Below are positions 38,640 through 51,600 of a stretch of DNA of 64,000 nt, one piece after another. The notes beneath the pieces were generated by a model. It saw only the letters and a program-made list of their open reading frames with translations. It was not told where the DNA came from and did no database searches. The stretch lies in the NCBI RefSeq assembly GCF_004010195.1, contig NC_057718.1:79726514-79790513 (forward strand). The letters run 5' to 3'. The position numbers were made by a program, and so were the translations under genes. The DNA comes from Chiloscyllium plagiosum. Taxonomy: Eukaryota. Positions within the stretch are counted from its first letter, which is position 1. Each line of letters begins with the position of its first letter.

Positions 38640-39125
38640 CTTTGCTCCACCATTGGTATTACTTCAGTTGCCTAGACCCTGGACTATGAAATTACCTCCC
38701 TAAATTTCTTCGCTGTAATAATGTGAGGTCAACACTTTTAGGAGCAAACATTAATAAGTTTTATTTAAATATATCTGTTTACAAGGCAAAGTAGGGAAGG
38801 ATTGCTTGTAAAACCTCACAGAGTCAGGCTCCAGTACCATTTAGTCTGACATCACTTTGACCTAGCTTCATTCACAATGTTCAGTTGCTTTTCTTGGAGT
38901 AAAGGTATAATTAATCCTTTACCCTACATCCATCCCTCTGCCTCTCTCTCTGAGCTTAAATCAATCCTTAAAACCAATCTCCATGACAAAGCATTGGATC
39001 ACCTGTTCTAATATCGTCTTATATGGCTTCGTGTCATTTTGTTTCATAATGCTCCTGTGAAGCCATGCCTTGGGACATTGCACTGCATTAAACATGCTAC
39101 ATAAATGCACGCTGTTGCTGTTGTG
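38640..39125 (+). mobile_element. L2-like LINE 3' end, with a 215-bp TGTA...TACA insertion (38714-38928)
   Basis: ccttaaaaccaatctccatgacaaagc...cctgtgaagc..ttgggacatt...ataaatgcacgctgttgctgttg tail; a related copy lies at ~10800-11005. Confidence 0.5.
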
Positions 39126-41244
39126 CTTTACATTTACTTTGTTAGATCGCATGAAGTCAAAATAGCTAATTATTTTTCAAAGCATATCATTCCAAAGAAG
39201 GAGACTTTGGTACCAGTGAGCTTGAAATATGAATGAGATGTTAAAAATCTCTTCATATCTCATGATTCACATTGGGAAGCTACATAGAAGAAGGTCATAA
39301 GATGACAGGATAGTCACAGATAAACATGTTGCTAGGTCCTTCCTGACGCATCCAGAAAACCCACAATCCACTCAGTACAATTTTGATCTGTTTATAACTG
39401 ATTCCAGACTTTTAGCTTCCACCAGTCTCCTGAGGTAAATTCTACATGTAAAATAGCAAAAGGTTTGTACTTACATAGTATTTTTCATGACCACAAAGTG
39501 CTTTACAATCAATTAAGTGTTTTATGAGCTCAAGTCACTGTTGTAATGCAGGAATGTTGATAATGTTTTGTGCAAAGAAGGGTTATATCATTCCTAACAT
39601 TTCTTTTCACCATTTTAAATCCTGCTAGCCACATTTTTTGGCTGTTTGAGTTTCTTGTCATTGTGCTGCAGTAAACAGAGAATATGATTCAAACTTTTCA
39701 ATGAACTGAAGATCTGCTGTATCGATTGGTCTGGAACTTCTACTGTCATTTGTGTTTGCCCTGTACTTATGCTATTTCATAAATGACTCTTATCTTCTTG
39801 GAGGCATTATGATGAGTTCCTTTTCATCAAGCAAGGAAAGTAGAAGTTTGTTCTCTGTTTCTATGACCACTTTTAAATCAATGATATTGTCTGAGAACCT
39901 CTTGCAAGCCCATGTGACTAAGTGCGATTTGTATTCTATGATTGAATACTTTATGTCAGACAATATTTGTGACACACAATAAACCATTCCTTGACATGCA
40001 TTTGGTTGTTCTTGAAAAAGGACTGCCCAACCGACTAGACGAACGATCTGCTGGAATGTGGTCCACAGTGAGAGGTTATAACTCACTAAGATATCTGGCA
40101 AAAATTGTTCTTCCTTGATCCTTTGAAATGTCTGTTCCTAAAATTCATTACAACACCATGCTTAAGATTCTCTAGTAGTTTTCTTGAGGGACTCATGTTT
40201 TTCTGCACAAATTTTTCATGCTAACTATTCCAAGGAATTGTTGAAAGATCTTGGACAGAGGTAGAAATTGTAAATTCACTAGTTGGTTTTATCTTTTGTA
40301 GGTTTGCCATTTTGCCCTTGTAATCAGAAATATTTTCCTCGGAAAAAAAAGTCATTTTTGAGAATTTGCACTTTTCATTAAGTGCATTAATTTCATTAAT
40401 TGTCTATGTTTTTCTTGTAGACAATTCAATACCACTCTAATGCTCAGGTCATGTTCTTTATCAGTTCATCATGTGGTATATGGGATCCATATGGTATATT
40501 ACACATTTGAGGTCTTGTAGAATATTCAATACTGTTCTTTGGAAAGTTTGCTGATATAATATCAAATTACAACTATTAAAACAAATAAAATCCAAATAGA
40601 GTAACGATAGTTGTCAGTAAGATTGAATTCTTATCTATAGGATTTGACAGACGCCGCTATTCACATCCAGCTTTGTGAACATGATACATTTGGACAACTG
40701 GCATCTACTTCAAGCATCAGACAAATTATACGTTTAGGATGGAGCTATTACAGAGCACCACTCTATCAGCTGAGGAAAAATCTGGTCAACACTTCAAACT
40801 GAAGTTGGGCTTGCATCATGAGTGGTGTAGCATCTTTTGTGAGATGAAAAGACATATATATATATATAGAGAGAGAGATATAGCATCTTTTCACAAAGTA
40901 ATACCATATTCGGTCTTTAGTCTGCCAAAATCAGCAATCAATTTTGCAGTCTTTTCTGAAGTGACTCCTGGATTCATGCTGCTTAACTTCATCCTCTTTC
41001 CTGATAACATTTGGGTCTGTAGAAATCTGTTGACATAATTTTTTTAAAATCCTCATTCTATAAAACTTACGGATTTTTTAATATCTGCTTTTTTTGTGCT
41101 GGATTGTCACTTGTAGTTTTCCTTTAATTTTTCGTTCATTCCATCTGGGACTGTGCAGATGTAGGCCATGTTGGTTTGCTGTCTGATTAAACAGTTACAC
41201 CTGCTCCAGTGTCCAGTTTAAAGATGGTGATGAAGAATCTGACA

Positions 41245-41382
41245 AAGAGCTCTGATGATGAGCCATCTAAACTCGTTACATTAGCTCACTTTCTTTCTAT
41301 GTATGGATGCTGCCTGACCCGCTGTGATCTCGAGTGTTTTTGTTTTCAGTATACATTCCAGCACCTGCAGTAATTTGCTTCC
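41245..41382 (+). mobile_element. Decayed PLE terminal repeat inserted in the Gypsy protease region
   Basis: ctctgatgatgagccatctaaactcgttacattagc...ggatgctgcctgacccgctgtgatc...ccagcacctgcag. Confidence 0.65.
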
Positions 41383-41936
41383 AAAACTGGTGATATGATA
41401 GGATGACATATCTGTGTTCCATAATGTATGATTAAAGTAATTGATCTAACTAAAGACATTTTTCTATTTCTCTTCTGTTGCAATTTGTTTAATTTTTTTT
41501 CCTGCAAGAGGCCCCACAATTTCCTCCCTAATCTCCCACAAAGTCCTGGGATCCACTAGATCAGGTCCTGGAGATTTATCCACCTATATATTTTCTTAAG
41601 ACCTACAGCCCTTCTATAATGTGAACTTTTTCAAAACATCAATATGTGTTGCCCTGAGTTCTCTAGTCTCCATTTCTTTCGCCATAGTAAAAACTAATGC
41701 AAAATATTTATTTAACATCTCTCCCATCTCCTAATGTTCAATACAAAGATGACCTCTTTGATTTTTAAGGGACCCTACTCTCTCTTTCTAGTTATTCTGT
41801 TGCTCTTAAAGTACTTGTAGAATCTCTCTGGATTATCCTTAACCTTATTTGCCATAGCTATCTTATATCCTTTCTTTGCCTTCCTGATCTCTGTCTTAAA
41901 AATGCCCCTACATTCTTTATACTGTTCATGTGTTTA

Positions 41937-41983
41937 TACATATAAATATATAAATTCATATATATATATATATATATATATAT
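41937..41983. repeat. Imperfect (TA)n microsatellite
   Basis: Visible TA run. Confidence 0.9.
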
Positions 41984-42577
41984 CTTATTGTTGACTAAAC
42001 CTCAATACCTTTATTCATTCAGAAATATTTGTATTATCTATAAATACAGGTGAGGTGCCGAATGACTGAACAATGGCTAATGTTGTGCCTTTGTTTAAGA
42101 AGGGATATTAGGTGAAGCCCAGGAACTATAGATCTATGAGCCTGATTTTGGTGGTGGGTAAGTTGTTAGAAGTGATTTTGAAAGATAGGATTTATATGCA
42201 TTTTCAGAGGAAAGGAATGATTAGGGATAGTCATCATGGTTTTGTGCAAGGAAAATTGTGTCTCACAAACTTGATTGAGTTTTTTGAGGAAGTAACCAAG
42301 GAAGTTGATGAGGGCAGAGCATTAGACATTGTTTACTTGGATTTTAGTAAAGCATTTGACAAGGTTCTGCATGGTGGACTAATTCGTAACGTTAGATCAC
42401 ATGGGATTCAGCGTAAGCTTGCCAATTAAATACAAAATTGGTTTAACGACACGAGAGAGAGACTGATGGTAGAGGGCTGTTTTTCAGACTGAGAACCTGT
42501 GACCAGCAGTATTCCATATGGATCATGGCTGGGTCCACTTTTGTTTGTCAATTATATAAATGACTTAGATGAGAATA

Positions 42578-42803
42578 CAGGAAGTCCCCGGGTTACGAAC
42601 ACCTGACTTACGAATGTCCCATACTTACGAACTGACCTCTGGCTTCTCATTTTTAAAAATTATTTTTAAAAATCCGACTTATCGACAATGTTTCATCCTA
42701 ATGAACAGGTGGACTAGTTTGCCCATATCTGTTCCAACTTACACATAAATTTGGCTTACAAATAGCGGAAAACAGAACTCGTTCGTAACCTGGAGACTTC
42801 CTG
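42578..42803. mobile_element. 226-bp Tigger/pogo-like MITE inserted in CR1
   Basis: TIRs caggaagtccccgggttacgaac and gttcgtaacctggagacttcctg match at 21/23; TA at 42576-42577 and 42804-42805; internal acttacgaa repeats. Confidence 0.9.
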
Positions 42804-43082
42804 TACAGGAAGCATGGTTGGTAAATTTGTGGATGACACCAAGTTTGATGATACAGTGGACAGTGAAGAAGGTAATCAAAGTTACAAAGAGATCTTGATC
42901 AATTGGGTCAATGGGATGAAGAGTGTCAAAAGGAGTTTAATTTGGATTATTGTGAGGTATTACATTTTGGTAAAACAAACAAAAACAAGACTTATACAAT
43001 TGAAAGTAGGGCCTTGGGCAGTGTGTAGAACAGAGAGACCATGGGTTCATATACATAATTCTTTGAAGTTTCCATATAGATA

Positions 43083-43266
43083 AAGACAAAAAACCTGCAG
43101 ATGCAGAAATCCAAAGTCGACAAGCAGGAGGCTGGAAGAACGCAGCAAGCCAAGCAGCATCAGGGGAGAGAGAGATCAATGTTTCAGGTGTAACCTGAAG
43201 AAGGACATAACCTGAAGAAAGGTTATACCTGAAATGTTGACTTCTCTACCTTCTGATACTGCCTGG
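43083..43266. mobile_element. PLE terminal-repeat inverted pair (another subfamily) inserted in CR1
   Basis: Minus copy ~43083-43195, then plus copy cctgaagaaaggttatacctgaaatgttgac (core with AGGT/ACCT stem) and gatactgcctgg. Confidence 0.72.
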
Positions 43267-44169
43267 TGGTTAAGAAGGCATTTAGAATGCATGCCTTCAT
43301 TGCTCAGACCTCTGAATATCGGAGTTGGGACATTATGTTGAGGTTGTGCAGAATGGTAAGACCTCTGCTGGAGTTCTGTGTCCAGGTCTGGTCATCCTGT
43401 TATAGGAAGGATATTATTAAGCTGGAGAAGGTTGTGAAGAGATTTACCAGGATGTTGCTGGAAATGGAGGGTTTGTGATGGAAGGACAGGCTGCATAAGC
43501 TGAGGCATTTTTCACTGGAGCATAGGAGGTTGAGAGGTGACATAACAGAGCTTTATAAAATCATGAGAGGTATAGATAAGGAGAATGGCAAGTGTCTTTT
43601 TTTCCAGTGTGTAGATTTCAAGACTGGGGGCATTTTTCTAAGGTGAGAGGAGAAAGATTTAAAAATGACATGAGAGACAATTTTTTTACACAAAGAGTGG
43701 TTTGTGTGTGGAATGAATTCCGGATGAAGTAGTGGATGTGGCTACAGTTACAATGTTTAAAACACATTTAGATAAATACATGAATAGGAAATACTTGGAG
43801 GGATATGGGCCAAGTGTAGGTAGGTGGGGCTAGTTTAGGATTATTATCAGCATGAACTGGTTGGACCTAAGGGTCTTTTCTGTGCTGTATGACTTTATGA
43901 CTAATAACTCTTATGTCTGACAAAGTTTCATCTATAACTTTGAAGATAAAGATATTATGTTGGTAAATCTTTCCAAAAATGGTTAATTTTCTTTTAGTGA
44001 TAGCGTTCTGCTTTGTTTCAGAACAGTTTGCACTTGTGGGTCTTTTAGGTGCTGTAGTATTGGCAGTGCATTATGGTGTTTGTACTTTTCTTCCAGTTAT
44101 ACCTTTTCCTCTGGTGATTCTTTTACAGTCTTGAGGAACTGTATCATCACTGAAGGTTTAACCAATCCT

Positions 44170-44288
44170 TGGATAAGCACATGGATGATGATAGGATAGT
44201 GTAGGGGGACGAATTGAGAATAGTTCATAGGTTGGCGCAACATCGAGGGCCGAAGGGCCTGTTCTGCACTGTATTGTTCTATGTTCTA
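44170..44288 (+). mobile_element. LINE 3' tail fragment
   Basis: ggataagcacatggatg...gggccgaagggcctgttctgcactgtattgttctatgttcta. Confidence 0.7.
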
Positions 44289-46119
44289 CGTTTCCTGAAA
44301 CAAGGATTTCTTCATCTCTTAAAACTGCACGACCTACCTTTGGACCTCTGCTTGTCTCACCATGCAGTAAGTCTGACAGGGGTTCATCATCAATAACTAC
44401 TGCAATGCAGTTGCATCGTAATTCTGTCTTAAACTTTCCACAATTGCATCCTTCAACTAGCCTGCAAAGATAATTAATAAAAAGTATCTACTGTTCACCT
44501 GGGTTTTGGATCTTTCTATAAAATTAGGCCCTTTCTAGAATTTTGTTAGTTCTCAAGTTGACATAATTGTTAAAGGCTTTTTATCAAAGACTCCTTCAAA
44601 TTGATGTGATATCTCACTGTCTTGCAATACATCGTCTGCTACTGCTCCCATGGAATAAAGTAATGTGTGGACTTGTTCTTGATCAGACTTGCGGTCAAAG
44701 TTTGAAGCAATTCCATAACTCAAAGATTTTATCCGTTAAAGTGCCTAGATTATAGTTTAATTTAGTCCTTCCAAGTGTTTCAAACCATTTTTGTCAGGTA
44801 TATTTAGTTTGTTAGATAGTTTACTTGTTGTTTTAAGTATCCAGTGCTCAGCATTCTCCTCACTGCTCATCCTTATGCTGACTTCTGCTACAAGCCTAAG
44901 CATTCCTTAAAAATTCTGTCTACTGGACTAGGTATTCATTTTTAAAGTAATGCAAAACTGTTGAAAACTGCTTTACTTTCCTTTGTTAATATCTCCATTC
45001 CCTCATCTGAGAGTATTCAATAAATGCAGCCAGGTTTTAGTTTTGCTTTCCTTTCTAACTCACAGTGTTGACCTTGGATCAGATCTACTGTTGGTTTATA
45101 TCACCCGGTCCCATACCTAACAAGCATTTATTTATCTCTGTCTTGAAAATTTTAATCAACCCTGGTGCAATGGTCTTATGAGGTAAGAGAGTTCCGTATT
45201 TTCACTAAACCTGAAGTAAATATGTGCTTTCTGATTTCATCCTGAAAGGACTAGCAATTAGCTGTGCCTTCTTACCTTTTTCCATGCAAGGAAATAGGTT
45301 ATCAGTGTCCATTGTAGTAAATCTTTTGCCAGATTGTATACACATGGCTTATATTCCCTAGGGTTATAGAGGTTGAATGGTGATCTACATAAGTTGTTTA
45401 AAATGATGGGTAGTTGCAAATGAATCCACAGCACTAAGGGATACAAAAAGATAACTCCTCCAACAATGTATCATCCTCTCAGTGCTGTACTGAATAGCGG
45501 CTTAGATTATACACTCAGACATTTGAAGTGGGGCTTGAATCCACAACTTTCTCTCTCATAAGAAAGACTGTTACTCCTGGGTCTCAGGTATTGGCCTCTC
45601 TGTTGTTGAATTATTGTTAATATTAATTAAAAACAGTAGAAATTTGAACAACAGTTCCAGAACAAACTTTTCAGCATTTCCTCCACCCTAAAATTACTTC
45701 CCTAACAGTAAAACTGCTTTCTAACTTTCAGCCTACTTCACGAATCTATTCAACTCAACCTTAAAATATAATCAATGACCCTGCTTCCGTCATCGAATTC
45801 TGTGGCAGAAAATTCAGCAGACCTATGACTCTATGAGAGAAATAAATTCTCCTGACTTGGTCTTAAATGGAAGTCATCATTCCCTCTAAGTAGCTGCTCT
45901 CAGGATCTGTGCATGCAAATGGGTGTGCTGACGCTGTTCCCAGCATTCACTTTTGGATTTGTAAACTATTGCCGTGCACAGACCTTGGAACACAGACCTT
46001 GGAGGTCTGTCAAAAAGAAATAAATATAAGAGGGAATGTAAATTGGAGGCCTCTTATTTTAAAATATGCCCCCTAATTCTAGTTTTTACCATCAAGGGGA
46101 ATTCTTTCAAGTATTCTTT

Positions 46120-46400
46120 TAACAGCCACCCTGGACAAGGGGAGATAGGTTTAGGGCAAGGGGCAGAAAGTTTAGATGGGATGTGAGGAAACATTTTTTC
46201 CAGAGGATGGTAGGAATCTGGAAGTCAATGCCTGTAAGGGTGGTAGAGGTGGATACCCTCATAACATTTAAGAAGTATTCAGATGTACGCTTGTTATATG
46301 GGCCAAGTGCTGGAAAATGGGATGAAAATAGTTAGTGTTCGTTTCTTTGACAGGCACAGAATTGATGGGTCAAAGGGTTTTTTCTGATTGTATGACCCTG
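46120..46400 (+). mobile_element. CR1-type LINE 3' fragment
   Basis: acaaggggagataggtttag...gtggtagaggtggataccctcataacatttaagaag...gggccaagtgctggaaaatggga. Confidence 0.75.
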
Positions 46401-47989
46401 CCAAGACCTCTCAGTGTATTATATGCTTCGACAAGATGATCTCTCATTCTTCAGAAGTCCGATGGTTATGCACCCAAGCTGTCCAAACTTTACTTAGAAG
46501 ATAGAGACCAAAAGACAGTACTGTACCCTGTGCAATTACAGCAAAACCTCCCCACTTTTATATTCTATTTCCCTCACAATTAACATCAACAGATGATTTT
46601 CCCCCACAACCCCACCCTTTGTTACATGTTGAACTTGCAGACTAATGTTGTGTGGTACTTACACCTGGATAGCCAGCTCATTCTATACTGCACAGTTCTG
46701 CAATCTCAATCCATTTAAATATTAGGCTTCCTTTAGGAACATAGGGTTGAATTTTCAAAGCCCTTGAACTATGTGGGCAATGGCAAGCCAGTTGGGAAAG
46801 TATGGCAAGATTGGAAAAGTGAAACTCTTAATGTTGAGAAAAGAAAGTCTGACTCTGCAATCATTTTTTGAATAATGAGACAAGAATTTTGCTTGTGAGT
46901 GGCAAGAAATCTATTTGCCAAGTGAGTATCTAATTTTACCTAATTTCTGTCCATTTTCCAATTCATCTACACGTCAGAGAGGAACTAGATGGTGGCAATT
47001 TTGACACCATGGTCAGAGAGAGATACCTATGCGCTACAGCTCATTGTTTGCTCCTCTAGACTTATAACGAGGCCAATAGTCCCCAACATCTTAGGGTACA
47101 TTCCATGGGTAGCAACCACCTACAATAACTTATTCATGGAGGTTGGCATCAGATGCACACCTGCCTTACCCCAACATCATGGCATGTCTCTGAAATACAT
47201 AGAAAGAATTCTCCACTTCAATGTTGCTCTTTGGAGTACACTGTCAACTACTGTTAGAACGTTGCTGCAAGGGATTGTGTCATGGATTCAATCAGGGTAC
47301 TTCGCAGGGTTTATCATTTTCTCTCTTAGTACTCACTCATTTTGAGTATGCTTGAATGCTCACATCATCTCTGCCTTGCCTTGTCCTTTTGCACTTTACT
47401 GCCTTATTTAGACTTGAAGGCTCACAATGTTGCATTGCATCAAACAACTGTTTGAAGGCTTTCCAGTGTGTAGTGCTCCCACAACAAACAATGGGAAATA
47501 CTTTCCAATGCTGGGAAAGAGTAGTATTCCCTTAGATTAGTTCTAAGATGGTATGGTGCTAAGCATAGGTAGCCTTTATGGCTTGACTATTGTAGCTGCA
47601 GTTACAATGACAGTCAGTCAGATAGTTAATGATGTAAAAATAACAATACATTTATTTGTTTTTTTTTGTTTTTTCCCTATTTATGCCCTGAAAAGCTTTT
47701 GTTTATCATTTCTCTCCCACCCATGTGTACTATGTAAGGCAGTTTCTGGTTGGCAGTGTTTGATCTGGAGCACAGGTCTTTAAATATGGTGCTGAAAATC
47801 CTGGAAAGTTCCTACAATGGCGAGTATTTCAGCCATTGCTTAGCACAAGCAGGGTGCTAGGGAGATGTGATGCATACATAATAAAGTTAGCAGCAGAGAA
47901 TTGCATGAGATTACTTGATAGAACTCATGGAAAGAAACCTTCCATGAAACTCTCCAAATTGACACTTAGCTGTTTTTTAGTGAATTTGG

Positions 47990-49070
47990 AATGCTCCTCC
48001 TTTTCCAAGTCCTAAATGGCTAGCTCCTTATTATGAGACCATATTCTCTGGTTTTTAGAATCCCACACATCCCAACCAGGGAAAACAGGCTTTCTGCATC
48101 TACTCTTTCTAGCTCCTTCAGTATTTTTAAAGTTTCAGTGAAATCAGCACTCTTCCCGCTAAAATATTAGGAATATAGGCCCAGTCACCTCAGTCTCTGC
48201 TTGTAGGACAGTCCCACTCTTGCTGGAATTATTTTATTCCTGCTATGGAAAATACATCCTTCCTTCAAAAACAGAACCAAAACTGTAGAAGGTGTGAGAA
48301 TCATGTAAGTTCCATGCAATTGAAACAAACCACCTTTACTCTTGTAGATATTTAGATACTTTCTAATCAACCTTAGGAGGAGGAAGGATGTGAACCCAGG
48401 CCTCCTGACTCAGAGGTAGGAATGCTTTCAAAACCCTTTGTGATAAAGATAAACATACCTTTTTCCTACCTCTTGAATTACAAAGATTTCTGGGACGTTA
48501 CTTGTGTCTTCTACAATGAAGACATTCACAAAATACTTGTCCAATGATTTCCTCACAACTAATTATCCAAAAATTGCATTCTACAGAGGGATAGCACTCA
48601 CTAAATTCCTGGAGAAGCTCTTATTATCTATTTATGTATTCCTGGCTAGCTTTCTCTCCCACTTCAATGTTTCCCTCCTTATGTTTTTTAGTGATTCTTT
48701 GCTGCTGGTTATATTCTGACCAGCCTTCTGACCTGCCACTAATCTTATTTTTCATTTATATCATCTTATAGACTTTTTCTTTCAATTTGATACTACCTTT
48801 AACTTCCTCAGTTGGCCACAAATGATGCATCCTTTCCCTAGAGTTTTTTTCTTTCTCATTGCAATGTATCTTTGATGAAGGTTATGAAATGTCTCCTTAA
48901 ATGTCTGCCACTGTCACACTACGGATTTACTATTTAACCTAATTTTCCAGTTCACTCTAGCCAATTCTATCTCCAAGCTCTTGTAATTGCCTTCATTTAA
49001 GTTTAAATCACTAGTCTTTGATGCACCTTTCTTTCTCTATCATAACAACTGTAAAATTCAATCATGTTAT
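47990..49070 (-). mobile_element. Old CR1-type LINE fragments
   Basis: Reverse-strand similarity to the ORF2 C-terminus (48030-48330) and to the endonuclease/linker region (48500-49070). Confidence 0.55.
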
Positions 49071-51440
49071 GAGAATTACTTCCAGCTCTTCCTTCATTCC
49101 CTTATTTTCCTTTTTTGAATTGTATGTCTGATTTAGTACTGTTGAAACCCACCCTGACAAACAGACCATATAATTTCCATGGTTCCCTCGACCCACCCTC
49201 ACCTCTAACTCCAATACGTCATATCTCATCCTTGTCCTGCCTTCAATTCTAAATATTTGCTGGTTGTTTGGACCAGATTTTTGATTCTTTGTTTCGCTCA
49301 GTCTTTTGTCTTGTACTATGATAGGCAACCACTCTCATGGCTTTGCTAATGCTTTTGGTTATAAAACAGATGGCATTGGGATTGAATTTCACAAGTTATC
49401 CCAACTCCTATCAGCAAATTCATTAAATAACATGAACAAAATGGGTACACATGATGGTTTTTTACCTATTTGTGCTACTTCTCCAGGAATTACATTCATC
49501 ACCCACAGAAAAGCCTGTTCAAAAATTCCAGGTACATATCAAGTTAGATTCTGAACTGTTTAGTTGTGGGTTTGGAGTGTACCTCTCTCTAGTCTCCCAA
49601 GGGTACTCTGCTGGAGTCTGTGGAACTGCCTACAAGAACACTTTATTAACAACTTGATCCATATACTCATTATCTTCAAACTAAGTTAGAGCCTCTGCTC
49701 CCTTTCAGCCCTCTGCTCAGTCATGTGACTCTGACATCATCATAATGTAAGCTTTTGATGTTAATCCCGTTCCATTATATGAACTACATAGCGATTCTCA
49801 ATCTATTTTATTAAAGTTCCCTATGAAAATAGCTTTGCTGTTTTCACATGTGGACTCTGTGGACCAAAAATTAATTTGGAATGAAAGAAAAGTAAATTTA
49901 TACAAATAGATCAGTGCGGTGCGTGAATCAGAAGGCAAGGTTACTTGGAAAAACTGCACTTGAGACCAATGTATTTCAGACACTTTTAAATAAAAACCTT
50001 CCTTGTGTGTGGCACACCATGTCCTTTAATGATATAAATATTTATGGTCTCCAAGCTCCATATATTTCCCTTTTGCACAAGTTCCAGAAGATGCCTGAGG
50101 CAAATGACAACCACCACTAAATCAATTCATCATCCTTTGCTATAGCAATTGCGAAGGCAAATGCAATTAAAATGATTTTTAAAAATATATTGCATGTATA
50201 ATACAACACAATTTCTTAGTCATGAATTTTAGATTTCTCCCTAATAAATCTAGATTACTGATGTCGCAAGCTGTTAATACCCTTATGTGTCAATGCATCA
50301 AGGATTTGGGACAGTTTGACAAGTTGCAACTAATGCAGGCAATAAAAGTAACCCAGAATTAAACCCCTTACATACAACTGAAACAAACTCTTAAAATAAT
50401 TCACAAATGACTGTAACATGTAATCCATTCTTGGGTTCAGATGATTAAAGATCATCCATATTTGGTTTTGTAAAATTTCACACGTTCTTGACACACCTTG
50501 ATAAACTTTGATCATTTTTATTTATTTTGATTTTTTATCTCACAGAACGTAATGACAAACTAATTAGAATGCACACAGTCTTCATTATGATAAGGATCTT
50601 GGGAGTCAAGTATGCTACATACCATTCGTTGCACAGCATAATAATATCCAAAGCCAATGGATATCAGCCTTATCAAAAAGTTCTTATATAAATGGGAAGT
50701 GAAAAATAATTTAGGAGAGATGAATCCTGTAATTCTTATAGTACATGATTGGCCTATGATAAGTGTCAAGCAGCAACTAGCTTTGACCATATGATTAACT
50801 GTGTAGTCACACTGCAACGAAGAATCAAGACCAATCCAAACAAAGTGATGATGAGAAGCTATTACCAGTAAATGAAGGTTAGAATTCTTTAGGGAAGAGA
50901 AACAATCTTGCAATCTATATAACAATGACCCATGGGACATAATTTACATTCCACTAATTGGCTTACAAGATGATCCATAAGTGATAAAGTCACATTCAAA
51001 ATTGGAGGTCTTTATGACACACCTTGTTTCCATTGCATACTAACAAATAATGAACAAATGGAACTGAAAAAGTTGTGAAAGGAATGCAGAATATAAGCAC
51101 ATTAAAATTCTATCACTCCTAAAATGACTGCATTTTCAAAGTTATTGCAGATCAATGAATCAGCATCACTTCTCACTGTATCACACCACATGCAACAACA
51201 ATAGATCAATCAATCAACATTGTAGTCCTTTGCCTTCACCCTACGAACATAGTGTCTGGGCAGGAGTATGGAATTCGTGATTTTACCTTTTATGTTTTAG
51301 TTTGAGTTACAACTGGGTTGCTTGCTGTGTTTTATATTACATAACATTTACAGATAAGCACAAGCCATCCGACAGGTAAATGCAAACATTCTACTCCATG
51401 TAAGCTTCATCCCACCTTAATTCATCTTACCCTATCAATA

Positions 51441-51600
51441 CAGAACAACCTTGATTATCCAAATGAGACATGCAGGGAATATTTTGTTTCAGATAATTGA
51501 TTGTTCGGATAACTGATTGTTCGGATAATGGATAACATTTTTACAGGACTTTGAGATCTTGTTCGGATAATCCGAAATTTGGATAATTGATGTTGTTCTG
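51441..51600. mobile_element. 160-bp Tigger-like MITE related to 34231-34404
   Basis: TIRs cagaacaaccttgattatcc and ggataattgatgttgttctg; TA on the left (51439-51440), TT on the right; repeated ttcggataa. Confidence 0.82.

Larger units (their letters stand above)
41502..43905 (+). mobile_element. CR1-type LINE with inverted 5' segment (41502-42019 antisense, 42020-43905 sense)
   Basis: The antisense part ends in VDKSPGPDLVDPRTLWEIREEIVGPLA at 41502 and the sense part starts EIFVLSINTGEVP at 42020. RT ORF 42112-42429; 3' tail at ~43900. Confidence 0.88.
39300..44800 (-). mobile_element. Decayed Ty3/Gypsy (Mag-like) LTR retrotransposon internal region: gag, protease, RT, RNase H
   Basis: Reverse-strand translations in canonical order: gag QVHTLLYSMG (44646-44675) and ERA..QNPGE; protease FKLDTGAGVTV (41190-41222); RT MFTKLDVNSG (40653-40682) and FQRTVLNILQDLKCVIYHMD; RNase H AVLFQEQ..TWACKRFSD..IETENK..MPPR (ORF 39790-40101). 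Outer boundaries are approximate. Confidence 0.82.
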
